Below, piece by piece: positions 36,401 through 49,663 of a stretch of DNA of 64,000 nt. This stretch comes from Styela clava. Its lineage: Eukaryota. The first letter of the stretch is position 1. The number at the start of each line of letters is the position of its first letter. The notes below the pieces were generated by a model. That model was not told where the DNA came from. It made no database searches and was given only the letters and a program-made list of their open reading frames with translations. The DNA lies in assembly GCF_964204865.1 (NCBI RefSeq), contig NC_135261.1, positions 16,678,001-16,742,000 of the forward strand, read 5' to 3'. Both the position numbers and the translations under genes were made by a program.

Positions 36401-39400
36401 CTGGTTTCCAACCCATTTTTTGAAGGAGTTTAACACCAATGTTGTTACTGCAATAAAGAAATTGTATACGATAATGAAAGCAGCAACTTTTGAAACATTT
36501 TGAGACAATGGGCATAGAATAGAGTAGCAATACGCAGTCCTGTATGTTCCTCTTATCATAAAATAACATTATAGCAAAAAGTTAATGTGAAACTCAATTT
36601 GGTACTAATTTAAACAGCCTAGTTTGGTGCATTGAAAAGGTAAATCTTTACATATAAATATCTGTTTCATATGATTGTATCATTTTCATAGTTATCCCAA
36701 GAGCAGGAAAGATGATAGGTCAATTTGAAGATTTCAAACCACAGCTTCTTGTACAGTCACCACTCACCAGTCCATGTTGAGGAATAGAAATGGTTGAACA
36801 ATTATTTGATTTAGATGCCTGGCTTTAATGGTAAGAAAAGCCGTAAACATTCAGCTGTTACATAAAACACCCTTTGACATGTCACACAGGGTAATATAGC
36901 CATTGCATATAAGTGTATGAAAGTGACATGACTATAAGAAAATTCAGTGTATAAACTGAAAGAAAGGTACATAAACACATACCTAACGGGGACAATCAAT
37001 GATTCTAGCATATTAAGGCCAAGGAGCATAGTTGCATTATTTGTAAAATTTTCCTTTCGTTTGAGTGATTGCTGATCTTTCTTTGTATCTGAGAAGATAC
37101 TCTGTGGTACAATCTTCTCTGGAGCGATACCATACTCTGATTTGTCCTGAAGATAAATAATGACAAATTTTAAGAATTAAATCATGCCATAGCAACATGT
37201 TTTATTGAGATGGGAGTGGAAGTCAGAGTTGTGTTTTGAAAGTCCACGGAGAAGGAGACAAAATCCCAGGAAGAGTCAAGAAGCAGACTTCCAACGACTT
37301 CCTAGACTTCCAACGATGATAATAAAAGTCAAGTTTCGATATAAACTAGAGAAAGCTAATTTAATTAAGCAATCTAAACAAACAATTGAAAACTAATGCA
37401 TGTACTTGAATTTTTGTGGTAAAAATTTGGTTTTGTCTGACCTAAGAGCTGGAATCATGATGAAAAATTTTTCAACCAGGAGTCTGACCAAATGACTTGG
37501 AGTTTGGTAATTTTTCCTAAGACCCCACAGATCACAACGATGGTCACATACTAGTTTTCTATGCCTACTAGATGAGGATTTTGTAACTCTGATGTTAATC
37601 CCAAATAGGAATATTTGCCTGATATTTCAGGCTCCAAACTTATTTTACACTGATGTGAATCTAATCAGTACAATTGCTAATAATTCCAACCATACCTCAT
37701 CATCCATGAAATCTTCCGGAGCATAATTTTGCTTTTTTGTTCGATCACTTCGGGAAGATTTGAATGTGCTAGGCTTCCATCCTTCTTTAGTATCGACGGT
37801 GTTGTAATATCCTGCTGAAAATCCTCCAGTAAAAGCTCCATGGAAACGACGACGTCCTTGCTCATCAGTAACAACTTGCTCATGAACAGCAATTGGTTTC
37901 TTTGGAATGTCTGAGAAATAAGATTTAATGATAATCTTTCACATCATGACATCAGCAACATTATATGCTCAATTACCTAACATCTGAACATCCCACAATA
38001 TTCTATAACATACAGGATTAAATAAAACAGATCATAAAATAAGAGATGGCACAATACTGCAATATAACAGTATCAAAATACAGGAATATTGATGATACCA
38101 ATTTCCCGGTCTTTCGTACCTGAAGTACTTCTAGTGCAGGGGTCACCAACCTTTTCGAGGCCGAGGGCTACTTTCTGGGTACAGATTAAGCCGCGGGCTA
38201 CCAATTCAATGTATACTTCTAAAAAGTCGCGGCTGTGTGGCCATCGTTAGTGTGCTAAGCGTTAGGTTCGCAGGTAAGAATTCCATGCGAAGATAGTTAT
38301 GTGCGAAAGGATTGCTAGACCCTTGCCGCCGTTGGGATGGCTTCCTTCGCCATCGAGTCCAGGCTTACGAAAACAAATAACTAACTAATTCCATACCCGA
38401 CATGAAATGGTAACCGGACGAGAGGCCTTGGTTCGCCATATGGTTAAGCCGTCTTATCGGCCCCGGGATATCCCGAGTTTATGGCAAAAATGTTGAACAA
38501 TGGTCTCGTAAACTAGAATTGCTGTATGATTTGAATCGCGAGCTTTTTCTGCCCGTACTGCGCTGACCAGTGAATAGTTAGCGCGTTAGATTGCGTGACT
38601 AGCCGTGAAATAACTTTTCGCTTTGTCGTCGCTACAATCGTCCCACAAATGAGACACGCGCAGGCTGTTTTCATGGTGGTAAAAATATATCCACCCCCAT
38701 TCATCGTGAAAATGGTGGGTTTTTCTGCCATTTTTCTTTGGAATCAACAATTATATTATTGCTGCTCCACAAACCAAGGGACAAGAAAAAGCGCGGGTTC
38801 GTGGTAAATTATATCACTGTGATGTCATAATTGCAAGAGTGTTAATTGTCCAGTCACATTACTGAGATCAAATAAAAATCAGATTGATGGCTACGCCATT
38901 CCCGATTCCCATATAAGTATGATTTACACAAGAATAGCAGGACAAAATTTAATTGATGTAGTTTACTTATTTATAAGCGCCGTTATTGAGCTCAGTTTGG
39001 AACAGACCTGCGGGCGACTCATATGGTCTTCACGGGCGACTCGGTGCCCGCGGGCAACGCGTTGGTGACCCCTGTTCTAGTGGGTGTAGAATACTTATTT
39101 TTGCACACGTCAATCCCAACCCCCACCTGACGACACCATCCAAAAATTATGTCACTACGACGTCACAATCACGTCATAGAGCTTGCAAAAGTATACCTAC
39201 AATCGCCCAAAATGGCATTTGCGCGAACGATAAAGAACTTACTACTGTACTAACGGCAGCGACCTCTCTCATATCGGGATCGTTGCAACGAGGATACGAA
39301 AGAAATAGCTTGTTCGATTTTGGGTGATCGTCTTCGCGTCTTGGATGACAGGTTGTTTAGTTTGAAGGGCCTTATTATGTCGTAGTGACGTAATTTTTGG

Positions 39401-39831
39401 ATGACGCAGTCATGTGGGGGTTAGGATTGATATATGCAAAAATTGTTAAGCTACGCCCACAACTGCACAAGAAGAACTTTCAGACTTTGGGTATGAAACT
39501 ACACAAGACCACAATTTCCGACATCTGCAATTGCAGTAGCCTACACCAGTGGGTGAAATTTACAATTTTTCATCAATATCGCAAGTTTGTAGATCTCATT
39601 AAACGTACCGCACCGCTATCGTGTACAATTGCAGAACTGAACGTTCCATATTAACGAGTGGTACCGGTACCGGTACCACGGTAGGTATCGATACGATAAC
39701 GTTCCGCACTACGCACTAAGATACATAGTACTGTGGTAAGGTTAAAAAATAAACTAACCAGTTTCCTCGATTTCTTCCAGGGGTGTTCCATATTTCACCA
39801 ACGGAAATTCATTCTCGTCTGAGCTGGACAT
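30122..39831 (-). CDS. GPATCH1: G-patch domain protein 1; exons 39831-39759, 37910-37696, 37146-36983, 36447-36363, 36005-35811, 35362-35224, 34672-34178, 33879-33719, 32949-32825, 32592-32327, 31988-31479, 30915-30866, 30154-30122
   Basis: [26 protein letters not shown]; PEDFMDDED; G-patch [19 protein letters not shown]; [17 protein letters not shown]; [11 protein letters not shown]; Lys/His-rich end; splice phases consistent. Confidence 0.93.
38137..39074 (-). mobile_element. internally deleted hAT/Charlie element with transposase N-terminal remnant
   Basis: TIRs CAGGGGTCACCAAC / GTTGGTGACCCCTG; exact 8-bp TSD TTCTAGTG; frameshifted HFHDEW..Y.FT..CACLICG.IVA..KR, resembling the GTF2IRD2/ZBED-type N-terminus. 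Confidence 0.88.
38226..38470 (+). mobile_element. tRNA-derived SINE inside the hAT element
   Basis: GCTAAGCGTTAGG, GGTAACCGGACGAGAGGCC.TGGTTCGCCATATGG.TAAGCCGTCTTATCGG as in the 18.5-kb copy. Confidence 0.8.
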
Positions 39832-39974
39832 GGCGCGAAACTGCCTCGAGCAACTGCCAAGTTCATACAATCCAGCTAGCTTGCAGCAAATTCTGAAATT
39901 GCAGAACTTCCATTCAAGATTGGCGACGTTTTGAGCTGTAGGGGCATCTCACGAACTTTTGACCTATCCCCCGC

Positions 39975-40260
39975 TGGGTGGCGTGGCGCATCGTGCTTGG
40001 GTGCTTGCCACTGTACCTCACCTCTGATTACCCTGCCCTGCGCAGGTTCGAAACCCGTAAGGATAATTATGTGCAAAAGTATTGCTGGAATCCTCGTTGC
40101 CTTAGGGTGGTTTACGTAACCGCTGGTCGGTTATGGCTTCCTCTGCCATGCATCTGACAATGGATACAGTAACTGACTAACCGTACCGGTAACCGGACGA
40201 GAGTCCGTTGTTCTCCATGCGATTAGGTCGTCTTTTCACTTTTCCCTTCCCATGGGATGG
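39975..40260 (+). mobile_element. tRNA-derived SINE just upstream of the GPATCH1 start
   Basis: B box GGTTCGAAACC and GTAACCGCTGGTCGGTTATGGCTTCCTC. Confidence 0.75.
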
Positions 40261-40290
40261 AACAACAGCAAAAATAACAACATCAATAAG

Positions 40291-41597
40291 ACAAGAGAGC
40301 TATGCTCAAATATATGGACACGTAGAGTCACATAATTTTGATGACGTCATAGCGAAAAAAGAAGTAATAGCCTTCTGGAGAAAATTTTTATCTTTCACCA
40401 CTAAAAATTTCAGAGCAATTGGTCCAGTATTCGAAGAGAAAAGCGACTTTTTAAAAACGTGTCAAGCGGTACTGAGTTAGCAGTCAGGCAGCATCTTACC
40501 TGTACACTGTAGGCCATATACGGTAATTGATCACAGAACAGTTGTTTCCTTGCAAATTTTATGTTGTTTACACTTTAGGACAGATAATTGATCACAGAAC
40601 AATTCTTCCCTTTCAAATTTTATGTTGTTTCCAGTAGACTCTCATCAAAATAAACAAATATAGTAGGCTACAAGTGCTACAACGCTTGCATTACTGCACT
40701 GGTAGGACCGTGAAAGAATAAGTTACGGTAATTTCATTGTGGTAAGACACCGGTACCAGTATCGTACTTACGTACTGAGCTACCAGTACCGGTTAGCAGT
40801 CAGCCAGCATCTTACCTGTACACTGTAGGCCATATACGGTAATTGATCACAGAACAGTTGTTCCCTTGCAAATTTTATGTTATTTACACTTTAGGACAGA
40901 TAATTGATCACAGAACAATTCTTCCCTTTCAAATTTTATGTTGTTTCCAGTAGACTCTCATCAAAATAAACAAATATAGTAGGCTACTAGTGCTACAACG
41001 CTTGCATTACTGCACTGGTAGGACCGTGAAAGAATAAGTTACGGTAATTTCATTGTGGTAAGACACCGGTACCGGCACCAGTACCAGTATCGTACTTACG
41101 TACTGAGCTACCAGTACCGGTACCGAACCTGTAGGTCTGATATTCCGTTCCGCATACGATAGGCTATAAAACTTGCATTGCAGCATTAGTAATACCGCGG
41201 AAGGAATAAGTCAATTTCACTGCGTTACGGCAACGGTATGGCAACTTACCAGTACCGACCTACAGTAGCTGTAGTACTGAGCAAGACAATCGATCGCGAA
41301 ACCGCTTGAAATAAGTGTAAAACAGTGTTCCCATGAGTAAAAATAAATACCGCGAAATTTTGTATGAAATATCATATCTCATAGGATTCATATAAAATTT
41401 AAGAATAAACAAAAGTAATAGCCTTCTAGCGAAAAAATTATTCTTCAACCACTGAAAATTTCAAAGCAATTGGTCCAGTATTCGAAGAGAAAAGCGACTT
41501 TTTAAAAACGTGTCAAAGAACAAGAACAAGAACAACAACAAGAACAACAACAACATAATATTGAAACGATCGTTATGTCCACTACGTGTCCAAAAAT
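40291..41597 (-). mobile_element. Helentron-associated (HINE-like) element with internal duplications
   Basis: subTIR GGACACGTAG / CTACGTGTCC, AAC/AACAAG microsatellite 41517-41556, terminal hairpin GAGCTATGCTC; ~100-bp block repeated at 40362 and 41412. Confidence 0.65.
40476..41119. repeat. near-identical tandem duplication, unit ~316 bp (40476-40791, 40792-41119)
   Basis: Both units begin GTTAGCAGTCAG.CAGCATCTTACCTG; the second carries a 12-bp insertion; each contains a ~62-bp subrepeat. Confidence 0.9.
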
Positions 41598-42046
41598 ACC
41601 AAAAAGAATATTTCGCATTTGCTTGTTAGTGTTGCCAGATACTGCAAATATGTCTTCATTCTAAACTTAACAACTATGATATTGTGACGAAACAAATTCA
41701 CACATGATTCTTGACAACGCCCGTTGCTAAGTGAAACATCTTTATTTATCAATCTTAACTTCATTCTGGAAGCCGTGGGTTTACTAGTAAATTAGATATT
41801 TAATTGAAATGGAGTTCAAAGGTACAGATAATGGTGTCATAACTTAGCTATTTAAATTAGACAGTCCCCTCATAGTAGCCTAGTAACAAATAAACTGTAA
41901 AGTTAGACTTTTAGGTTTAGTTTAAAAAACTATTTTTATGCAAACTTAACAAGAAGAATGTCATTTGCTTTTATAGGTTAGCTAATATTTGTGTTATCTC
42001 ACAAAACTAGTCTACTATTTTACTAGTACTCTACATTCTGACATCA

Positions 42047-45000
42047 ATGATGAGCAACAAATCATCGTGTGACAATTTTGTCACCAAGACGTCAACTTAT
42101 CCAAAAACTAATACGAGTTCTCGAGCGTTACCATCGTTAACCCATGACAAGCCCAAATTGAAAGTGGGATTTTGTCCAAATGACTATTCAATATGGACAG
42201 TGCAATCACTCATCAACCGCTTCAATACCCCAGAACAAGAGGGAGGCGATAGCAAAGGGGGAACGACAGGCTACCTTCAGCAAAACAAACCCAAACGACA
42301 TGTTTCAACACGGGTGAGATAAAATTCTGTTTCGATACCAAATTTATTGAGGGAATAATCAACACAAAAACAACTTGGGTATATGCAAATATTTTTTGTA
42401 GTACATTCGGCAAAATATTGCTTCTCTAAAAAAAACTTCATTGCAGTGCGTTTGGTATTCGAAACTTGCTTAGATATATTAAAAGCCATTTAAATTTTTA
42501 CTTCTTTTACAGGAAACATTAAAAAACCAGTGTGATCCTCCAGAGGAGACTTTAGAAAAACCTCGATTAAAAAGATCCCTCGAAAATATTGAAGTTAGCG
42601 AGGTTACATGTGTGGAAAGAAGCGTGGAAGAAAATGCCCCGCCGCTCGAAATCGTCGATAAAGGTACGTTGAGTCGGGTGTTAGTTATAATAAAATGTGA
42701 ATACCGTGATAATTATTTTAATTACCCGAATGCAGAAAGTAAATTTTTTTATCCGTCAACTCGAATTTTCTATTTGACTCAACTGCATTATTTTGACCCC
42801 ATTATGTAAATCTAAATAAAACAGGAAAAACTGTGGATAAAATAAGTTAAATAATAAATAAATAGAGAAGTGCAGCAACATTATATCGTGAATAAATCAC
42901 TTTATTTTATAAATAGTCTTGCTTGGTGCAAATGGATCAGTCGATGAGGTGAATTTTATCCCCAGCCAGCAAGAAAAAGCTAATGAATCGTATAGAATTG
43001 ATAGTGATCACGGGAGTATTAACAACATGATAAAGCATCCTAATCCTGAAATATCTGGAAAATGTGATAAAGATGCAGAAGAGTCCGATAAAGAAGTGAA
43101 CGGCAGATTCAACACTTCATCTACTTTCTCAATAGAAATTAAAATATCAGATGAGGTAGAAAAAAATATTTTTATTCAAGCATGAGCAATGTACAATCGA
43201 ACGTAATTTTTTATATACAATCGAAGGATATTTTATGCTTTCGATAAATTTTACACGATACTTTTTCTTGTTAAAGAATTTTATTGCTGTTGAAAAGGCG
43301 GAGGTTGACGGCAATAAAGACTCAAAACAGGTCGATGCTATGACCACACCAGTAAATGCATCATTATCTTCCAAAATATTGCACGAACCAACTGTTTCCG
43401 GCTTCGATAAATCAAATTCAGAATTAAAAGACCTGCTTGAAGAAGATCTGGTAACAATTTTAATTTGCTATTCTACTTTTTTACGCTACAAACTAACATA
43501 TTCTGCATGGACTTTGTTTCAGCTGTTCGACATTGATAAGCATGGCATCTTGTCAACGCCAATGCCGGCATTTATCACGCGTTCGGGGGACGTTTTTTCA
43601 GTTAAGGACGGAATATCGGTGAATTGTAATCATGAAGAGATTTGTCCAATCACGTCGCAATTCACGGATACTTTGGAAGGTAAAGGAGTTACATGTGTAA
43701 ATTTCTTGTGATTTGCGGTTTTAAGAAAATTCGCCTTAGAAAATTTTGCCGCAGAAAATTTCGCCGCATAGGAAAAATCGCCGCATAGGAAAAATCGCCG
43801 CATGAACATTTTGCTGTAAAACAAGTATTTGTGATAAAAACAGTTCTTGAAGTACCTTTTTATTTAAAAAAAATCGTCATTCAATAGCATACCCTAACCC
43901 TATAAACCTGTTTTTATCGCAAATACTTGTTTTACAGCAAAATGCTCTTGCGGAGATTTTTCCTATGCGGCGAAATTTTCTGCGGCGAATTTTCCGAGCA
44001 CGAAATATATATTGTGCTAGAATGAATACATAGCTATAGATTTAGGATATTTAGACTGACTTAAGGGGTTGGGATGTGATTCAAATGCATTTTATTCTTT
44101 AGTCGCAAAATGTTCCCTTTGTTTCTAACAACAGGACTCGAAGCAACAAACACTGCAAAAATACGAAATGGATTTGACGACCAGAAAAATGCGATAGTTT
44201 CAAAATCCGAAAACTGTTTGAATCGGGTAAGTTATACTTCTATATCATAACTCGTACCAAGATATACACGTTAGAAGCTTGGATTGTGTATAGCCTACTT
44301 TGTTACTTGATCTGATCACTTCCTTGTTTTCATTTTTCAGTCTCAACCGCCACCTGACATCGAAGGAAAGTTTGGTTCTTCACTACGAACCCGTGATTCT
44401 TTTGGGAATGATTCGATGTTTACTTCCAACTGGAATGTTGCTTGTAACATAAACAGATCACGCCTGGGATGTAAATCTGCCTCCAGTGCTTCTCTTGTGG
44501 AGGTTGTACCTTTCCAGATGAAAAACACCACGAATAATACATATGATATTATTTGTCAAATGAGTCGACTGGAGCGAACGAAACTTTTCATTAAAATGGA
44601 AATAGAGACTGAAAATGTAAGTTATATATCAAGTATATTGGTGGTTTGGTTTTTAGTCCCAAAATATGTATTTGGCACACAATTACATCATTTCATCGCC
44701 ATTATATATTACATTACGGAAAGTAATGAATTCATAACAAATAATTGATTTGATTTAGATAATATATATATATTGTTTCGCCCTTTATTTGCTTGGATGG
44801 AAAGATATTTTTTAAATTTATTTTTTTATTTCTATCGTCCAGGCTTTGCGTGATAAAGAGCAAGAAAAAGAAAATTTGCTTCAAAAAATTAGGGAAAAAG
44901 AATCAAAAAAGTATAATTTGCTTCAAAAAATCAGAAAATTCTTTGTTCCAAAATGCTGTCGTTTCGGTAAATCTAACAACTTACATCGACTTGAGGGGAC

Positions 45001-45151
45001 ACTTATGGATATCCAAGAAAAACTTGAATGTTTGCATGAATTGTTACCATTATATAGGATCTGCCTCAACAAACTTGAAGAGGAAATATGCGAAAAACAA
45101 AATAAGCATTACAGTGGCGATTATTTTCCTATATCACTCTGTGGTTTTTAG
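42047..45151 (+). CDS. uncharacterised ~554-aa protein; exons 42047-42313, 42513-42663, 42917-43155, 43277-43450, 43523-43679, 44135-44226, 44341-44616, 44843-45151
   Basis: Eight GT-AG exons join into one open frame of 1665 nt; acidic, low-complexity middle; C-terminal coiled coil. No family recognised. Confidence 0.72.
43715..44003. mobile_element. foldback MITE in an intron
   Basis: Inverted arms of tandem AAAATT(T)CGCCGCA(G/TAG)GA units around a TACCCTAACCCTA spacer. Confidence 0.65.
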
Positions 45152-46006
45152 GATTTAAACTTTCTTAACTGTTCTGAATATACTTATTTATTGGTATAAA
45201 CGCGTCTTGTATTGAAATGATAACAAAAGGCGAAAATCTCAGTTTAAATATATGAAAAGGCCGAATTATTAAATGGGGATCCGAGGATTGAATGTTGACA
45301 TCCACTACTATATTGTTTAACTTGTACATATTAAGAATTATCCAATTGCTTGTACAACCTCAAAAAGACTATCAGTTTCACCAGTATAATCATCCATTGT
45401 TCGAATATCTATCGTCTCGATAATAAACGTTAGGCAAGGATAAAAAAGACAGTTTGTTTGCGACCACCTAATGAATTACGCAAGAAAACACCAGTTAACA
45501 GGCGATTAAATAATTGTTGGGGACTGCTTGTCTGATTTTGGTTAAACGAAACGTTACAGAAATACATTTGTGTTAGTGTGCAGCGAGACTCTTATATTGC
45601 ATAGAAAACACCAGTCTTGAAAAAATCGTGTTGCATATCTATTTATTGACAGACATATTTGTGGACATCTTTCACGGATTACTACTCCAAAGAACTTGGA
45701 ATTGGTACGCACTAAAACGTCACATCCATTGCACTGCACAAAAGTCGAAATTTCATTATAATATATCTGAAAATTCATTTTCCGGTTATCGATTTTAAAA
45801 TAGGCCATTAAACTGTAGACGTTAGTCTATATAAAGACAGCCATCCCCCATTTACTTACATTTAATGAAACTATTGTTCAGTTTTGTTCAAAAAGTAATT
45901 TCGGCAATGAGAGCTTTTATCGCCGTCCCGACTATTAAACCCACAGCGTTATGAATAAGTATATGCATGTTAGGCTGATCTGAAACGTCATAATATACGA
46001 CTTTGG

Positions 46007-46213
46007 GAGTTCCAGAAGTATGTGGACCAAGATGGCACACAACTTGAACATAGTATGTTTAACAGGTTAGGGTTCAGTTTGTGCGCCATCTTGGTGCTCA
46101 CACTTTGGGAGTTCCAGAAGTATGTGGACCAAGATGGCACAGAACCTGAACTAAGTATGTTTAACAGGTTAGGGTTCAGGTTGCGCCATCTTGGTGCTCA
46201 TACTTCGGGAGCG
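46007..46213. repeat. two tandem copies of a ~100-bp palindromic MITE-like unit (another copy at 19458-19563)
   Basis: CCAGAAGTATGTGGACCAAGATGGC..GCCATCTTGGTGCTCA(C/T)ACTT, repeated twice. Confidence 0.75.
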
Positions 46214-46501
46214 CACGACTTTGTTCATTGTACTAGCGAAAGTAAATAAAGTTATAATGTCTGCATGAAAATAAAGACCAGGGTTAGAATGTCAAGCGCA
46301 GTCATATTGAATTGAATTGAAAATGAGATGTGTGTAATTTAAATAGTGTCAGTGATGTCGATTCTTATCCATACACAGTTTGTTTTCATTTTTATTAATC
46401 ATTAATTAAAAGGCGACAAACCGGACAAATTCGGGCCAAACCCCGAACAAATTCGGGCGACAAATAGTTCACAGTGAGATATCTGAACTACACCATTGTC
46501 A

Positions 46502-49182
46502 CTACTTTATGTTTTGTGAATCGATTACAAATCCTGGTGAGCACTCTGAATTTTCTTCGTCTAAAAGCCACTTTTTCAAAGAATATAGATTTCGACTTAG
46601 CATATGTCCCGAGAATAATGGCCGATACATTTTAGAAGGGTCAAATTTGTCTTTGTGAACATCATCGACGTGAATACCATGAATTTCTCTGCAGAGTTGA
46701 CAAAATCCCACTTTTCTAACTCCCATTGGATGATCGTCTTTCACGACTTCTCGCCATCTGAAAAGTTTGAAGAATTTGATAGTAACATTTTACACAAAAA
46801 TAAAATTAAAAAATATCCTTGATTTTGAACAATCTACAAGATGCGATTGGATTTTAGTGCGATTGGCAATTGCAATATCTTCTCTTCAAAATAGAATATT
46901 GTCAAGAATAATTTATTCTAACGATATATATATATATGTAAAGTGGGTATTGTGAAATCTATAATAAGTCTTAAACTTTCATTATAGCATAAAACAATTG
47001 TATTTCAAATCAATAATGACATTGAAATATTAAAATTGAAAAGAATTTCACAATGTCGAAAGTTTTAGCTTAGAAACTTTACTGACAGGTGGGAACTTAC
47101 GACCAAATATATAATAACAATTAAGTGGTTCAGTTTAAGGAGAAATATAAAAATCTGACCTAAAATATTGTGAATAAGCTGTTTCGTTGTGGTCCAGATA
47201 TGTGAGGTAATCCACTAAATCCATTGCGGACTGAAAATCTTCTATGTGAATAAATGAATCAGGCGGAGCAACTTTTTCATAATCCTGTCTTTTCGCTCCC
47301 CAGACTACCGGTACCACGCCAGTTTCCAAGTTTCTATAAAAGTCGCTCGTAATATAATCTTTACAGTGATGTGAATCTTCAAAAGCAAGGTAATATTTAT
47401 ATGATTGGGTAATATCTTCATCATTCAAACTACTCGAATCTTTTTTTGCAGGAAAGCAATCACCATATGCGTCCAATTTTAGACCGTGATCGATCAGTTC
47501 TTCAATTTTTCGCAGTCTTAACTCGGCTCCTTTGGTATTATTACAATTTGAAATGAATACCATCGCCAATCGAGATTTCTTTTCCACTATACTATGGATT
47601 TGATTTCCTTTTCGCCTAAGAACTCCGTAAGGAAAATGAAAATCAGCGTCGCGTCTGAAATAATGAGGGGATAGTTCTGTAAATGTATTTTTAATGTATA
47701 ACGTTAAAGGTATTTTTGCCAGAAAGAACAGAAACACCGCGAATTTCAGTTTTTGAGATGACAATGAATTCATTTAAATCAAAATAATTTAAACGGGATA
47801 AAAATGTTTTGGCGATTTTTACCTGTATCCCATGGTTGCGTTGAAATGATATTTTTCATCAAAATCAAAGTTTTTGCCATGTTTTTCAGCTAATGTCAGT
47901 GGAGATTCTGTGATCCAATATATAAATAGCTTGTTTTGACGTCTAAAAATATTAATATTATTATTTGTGTGCCATGACTATATAACAAAAAAGATATACA
48001 ACATCAAATGTATATTCTTATTTTCCACTAAAAATGTTAAATTTCATTTAAATCTTGGATACATATTATCAAAGTTATCTTACCTTTGTGGTGATGGCGG
48101 CATCGTACTGGGAGAAATCTTTTTAGAATCAAAAACAACAGCTGCTGTGAGAGAGTTGTTGATCTATATATAAAAATAGGTAAATTATTTATTACTTTTC
48201 TGACGGAAACGAAGGCGACTTGATATATTCTGTCAGTACACCGAGGGGGGATTTACGAGTAAAGTCTGCTATTATGACGACAGATTTCCTGATATCGTTA
48301 AGTTTTATTACAGCTTTGAGTTTTCACGATGACGTCATTATACTTTCTATATACTTTTGTATGACATCACAGTACGAAGCAGAAATTATCATATATTTCA
48401 ACGTCACAAATTTTCAATTAATAAATAGCCCCCTCAACGTAATCCACTGTATACAAACCTCTGATCGATTTTGAATTATTTTACAGCTTCCGCAGATATT
48501 AGGATCCAATGAATACTGAACTGTGTTGTTTTCCGGTGGATACCAAAGTAAAATAAACTGTCAAAAACAAGATTATAGTTATCACGATTTTTTAAAATAA
48601 CTTGCAATTCATGTATTTTGACGGTGCAACCTTAATTTATCAAGACGTAAAACATTTTATGCGATACTTTATCATGTTGTTTAAAAAATTCGCACCGAGC
48701 TAAATATCGTGCCATACTATAACTCCTATTGTTATTATTATTATATATTCGTAATACGTTCCTATACCCTCAGGAAATTAAGTCCAACTATAGTTGGATG
48801 ACATACAATATCTATAAATTCTACGCAGCTGACCTACTTGGTATTCTCAACACCTAATATAAAGGAAGCAGTTATTCTTGATTCTGTGAAAATAGTTAAC
48901 TTTAAAGTTATCTAAATATATATATATATATGGTTTCCACTGCATCATATTTTATTATTGTTATGACGTTTTTACCTTTTGTGTGGATGCCTTCTTAAGT
49001 GCATTTGGAAGAAGATGAGCATAGTGCTGGCGGTTTATCTGAAGACTCGAAAAATCAAATCCTCTATATATGTCATCCGTGCTTTTTTTGCTCTTGCGTA
49101 GAAATATGAAATAAATTAAAATAGCGCAAAAGACAACTAGTATAATCACACGTTTACCCCTTTTACATCCTCTACCATTCAT
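46502..49182 (-). CDS. alpha-1,3-fucosyltransferase (GT10); exons 49182-48976, 48557-48459, 48163-48084, 47942-47823, 47654-47160, 46757-46502
   Basis: Type II TM anchor; YWITESP; FNATMGYRRDADFHFPYG; FISNC; YKYYLAFEDS..CKDYIT; VPVVWG; PPDSFIHIEDF; YFRWR; FCQLC. Confidence 0.9.
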
Positions 49183-49663
49183 TTCTAGTTACTACTATCT
49201 CTGTCCAGATATAAAATTGTGGTGTACAGAATTATATACAAAACAAAATAATATTTAATTGCCTGACGGCGAAAACTAGTCGAACAAACAGTGCATATTT
49301 GATTGTCGAGAGTGGATACGAGACAAGCAGATAAGAGTTTATTTATTCAATTCAGTTCGATTGATCAAGACGTCTGATACACAAGTATATCTTGCGCGTC
49401 AAAATTGACCTAATTGTACTTATTAATATAAATACTGTCCATTAATTGCCTGTCGTGCACAATATCGCATCTCTTAACAGGTAGTGTGATATATATATAT
49501 ACAAGAGTATGGAGGAACTGTCGGGGATCATACATTCATTCAATAGAAGTAGGCCATGTGTACTCTGTGAGTGATACATTGGATCTGAAATACCCATACA
49601 TATCTGAGTATGAGGCACCACAGTGCTGCTGTAATGTACTACATTGTCTACTCGATTCTTTCA

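Larger units (their letters stand above)
38107..39511. mobile_element. long-TIR MITE (same family as 62947-63401) hosting nested insertions
   Basis: 8-bp TSD CAATTTCC (38099-38106, 39512-39519); the body from 39083 aligns with the 62.9-63.4 kb copy. Confidence 0.75.

Noticed and set aside
45554-45808. Cys-rich 84-aa ORF, vaguely Kazal-like
   Set aside because: Cysteine spacing does not fit, there is no signal peptide, and no consistent exon chain.
8465-49182. Functional glyco/secretory cluster (GH35, TMEM167, BLOC1S4, LMAN1, FucT)
   Set aside because: Interleaved with unrelated genes; nothing in the sequence distinguishes it from chance.
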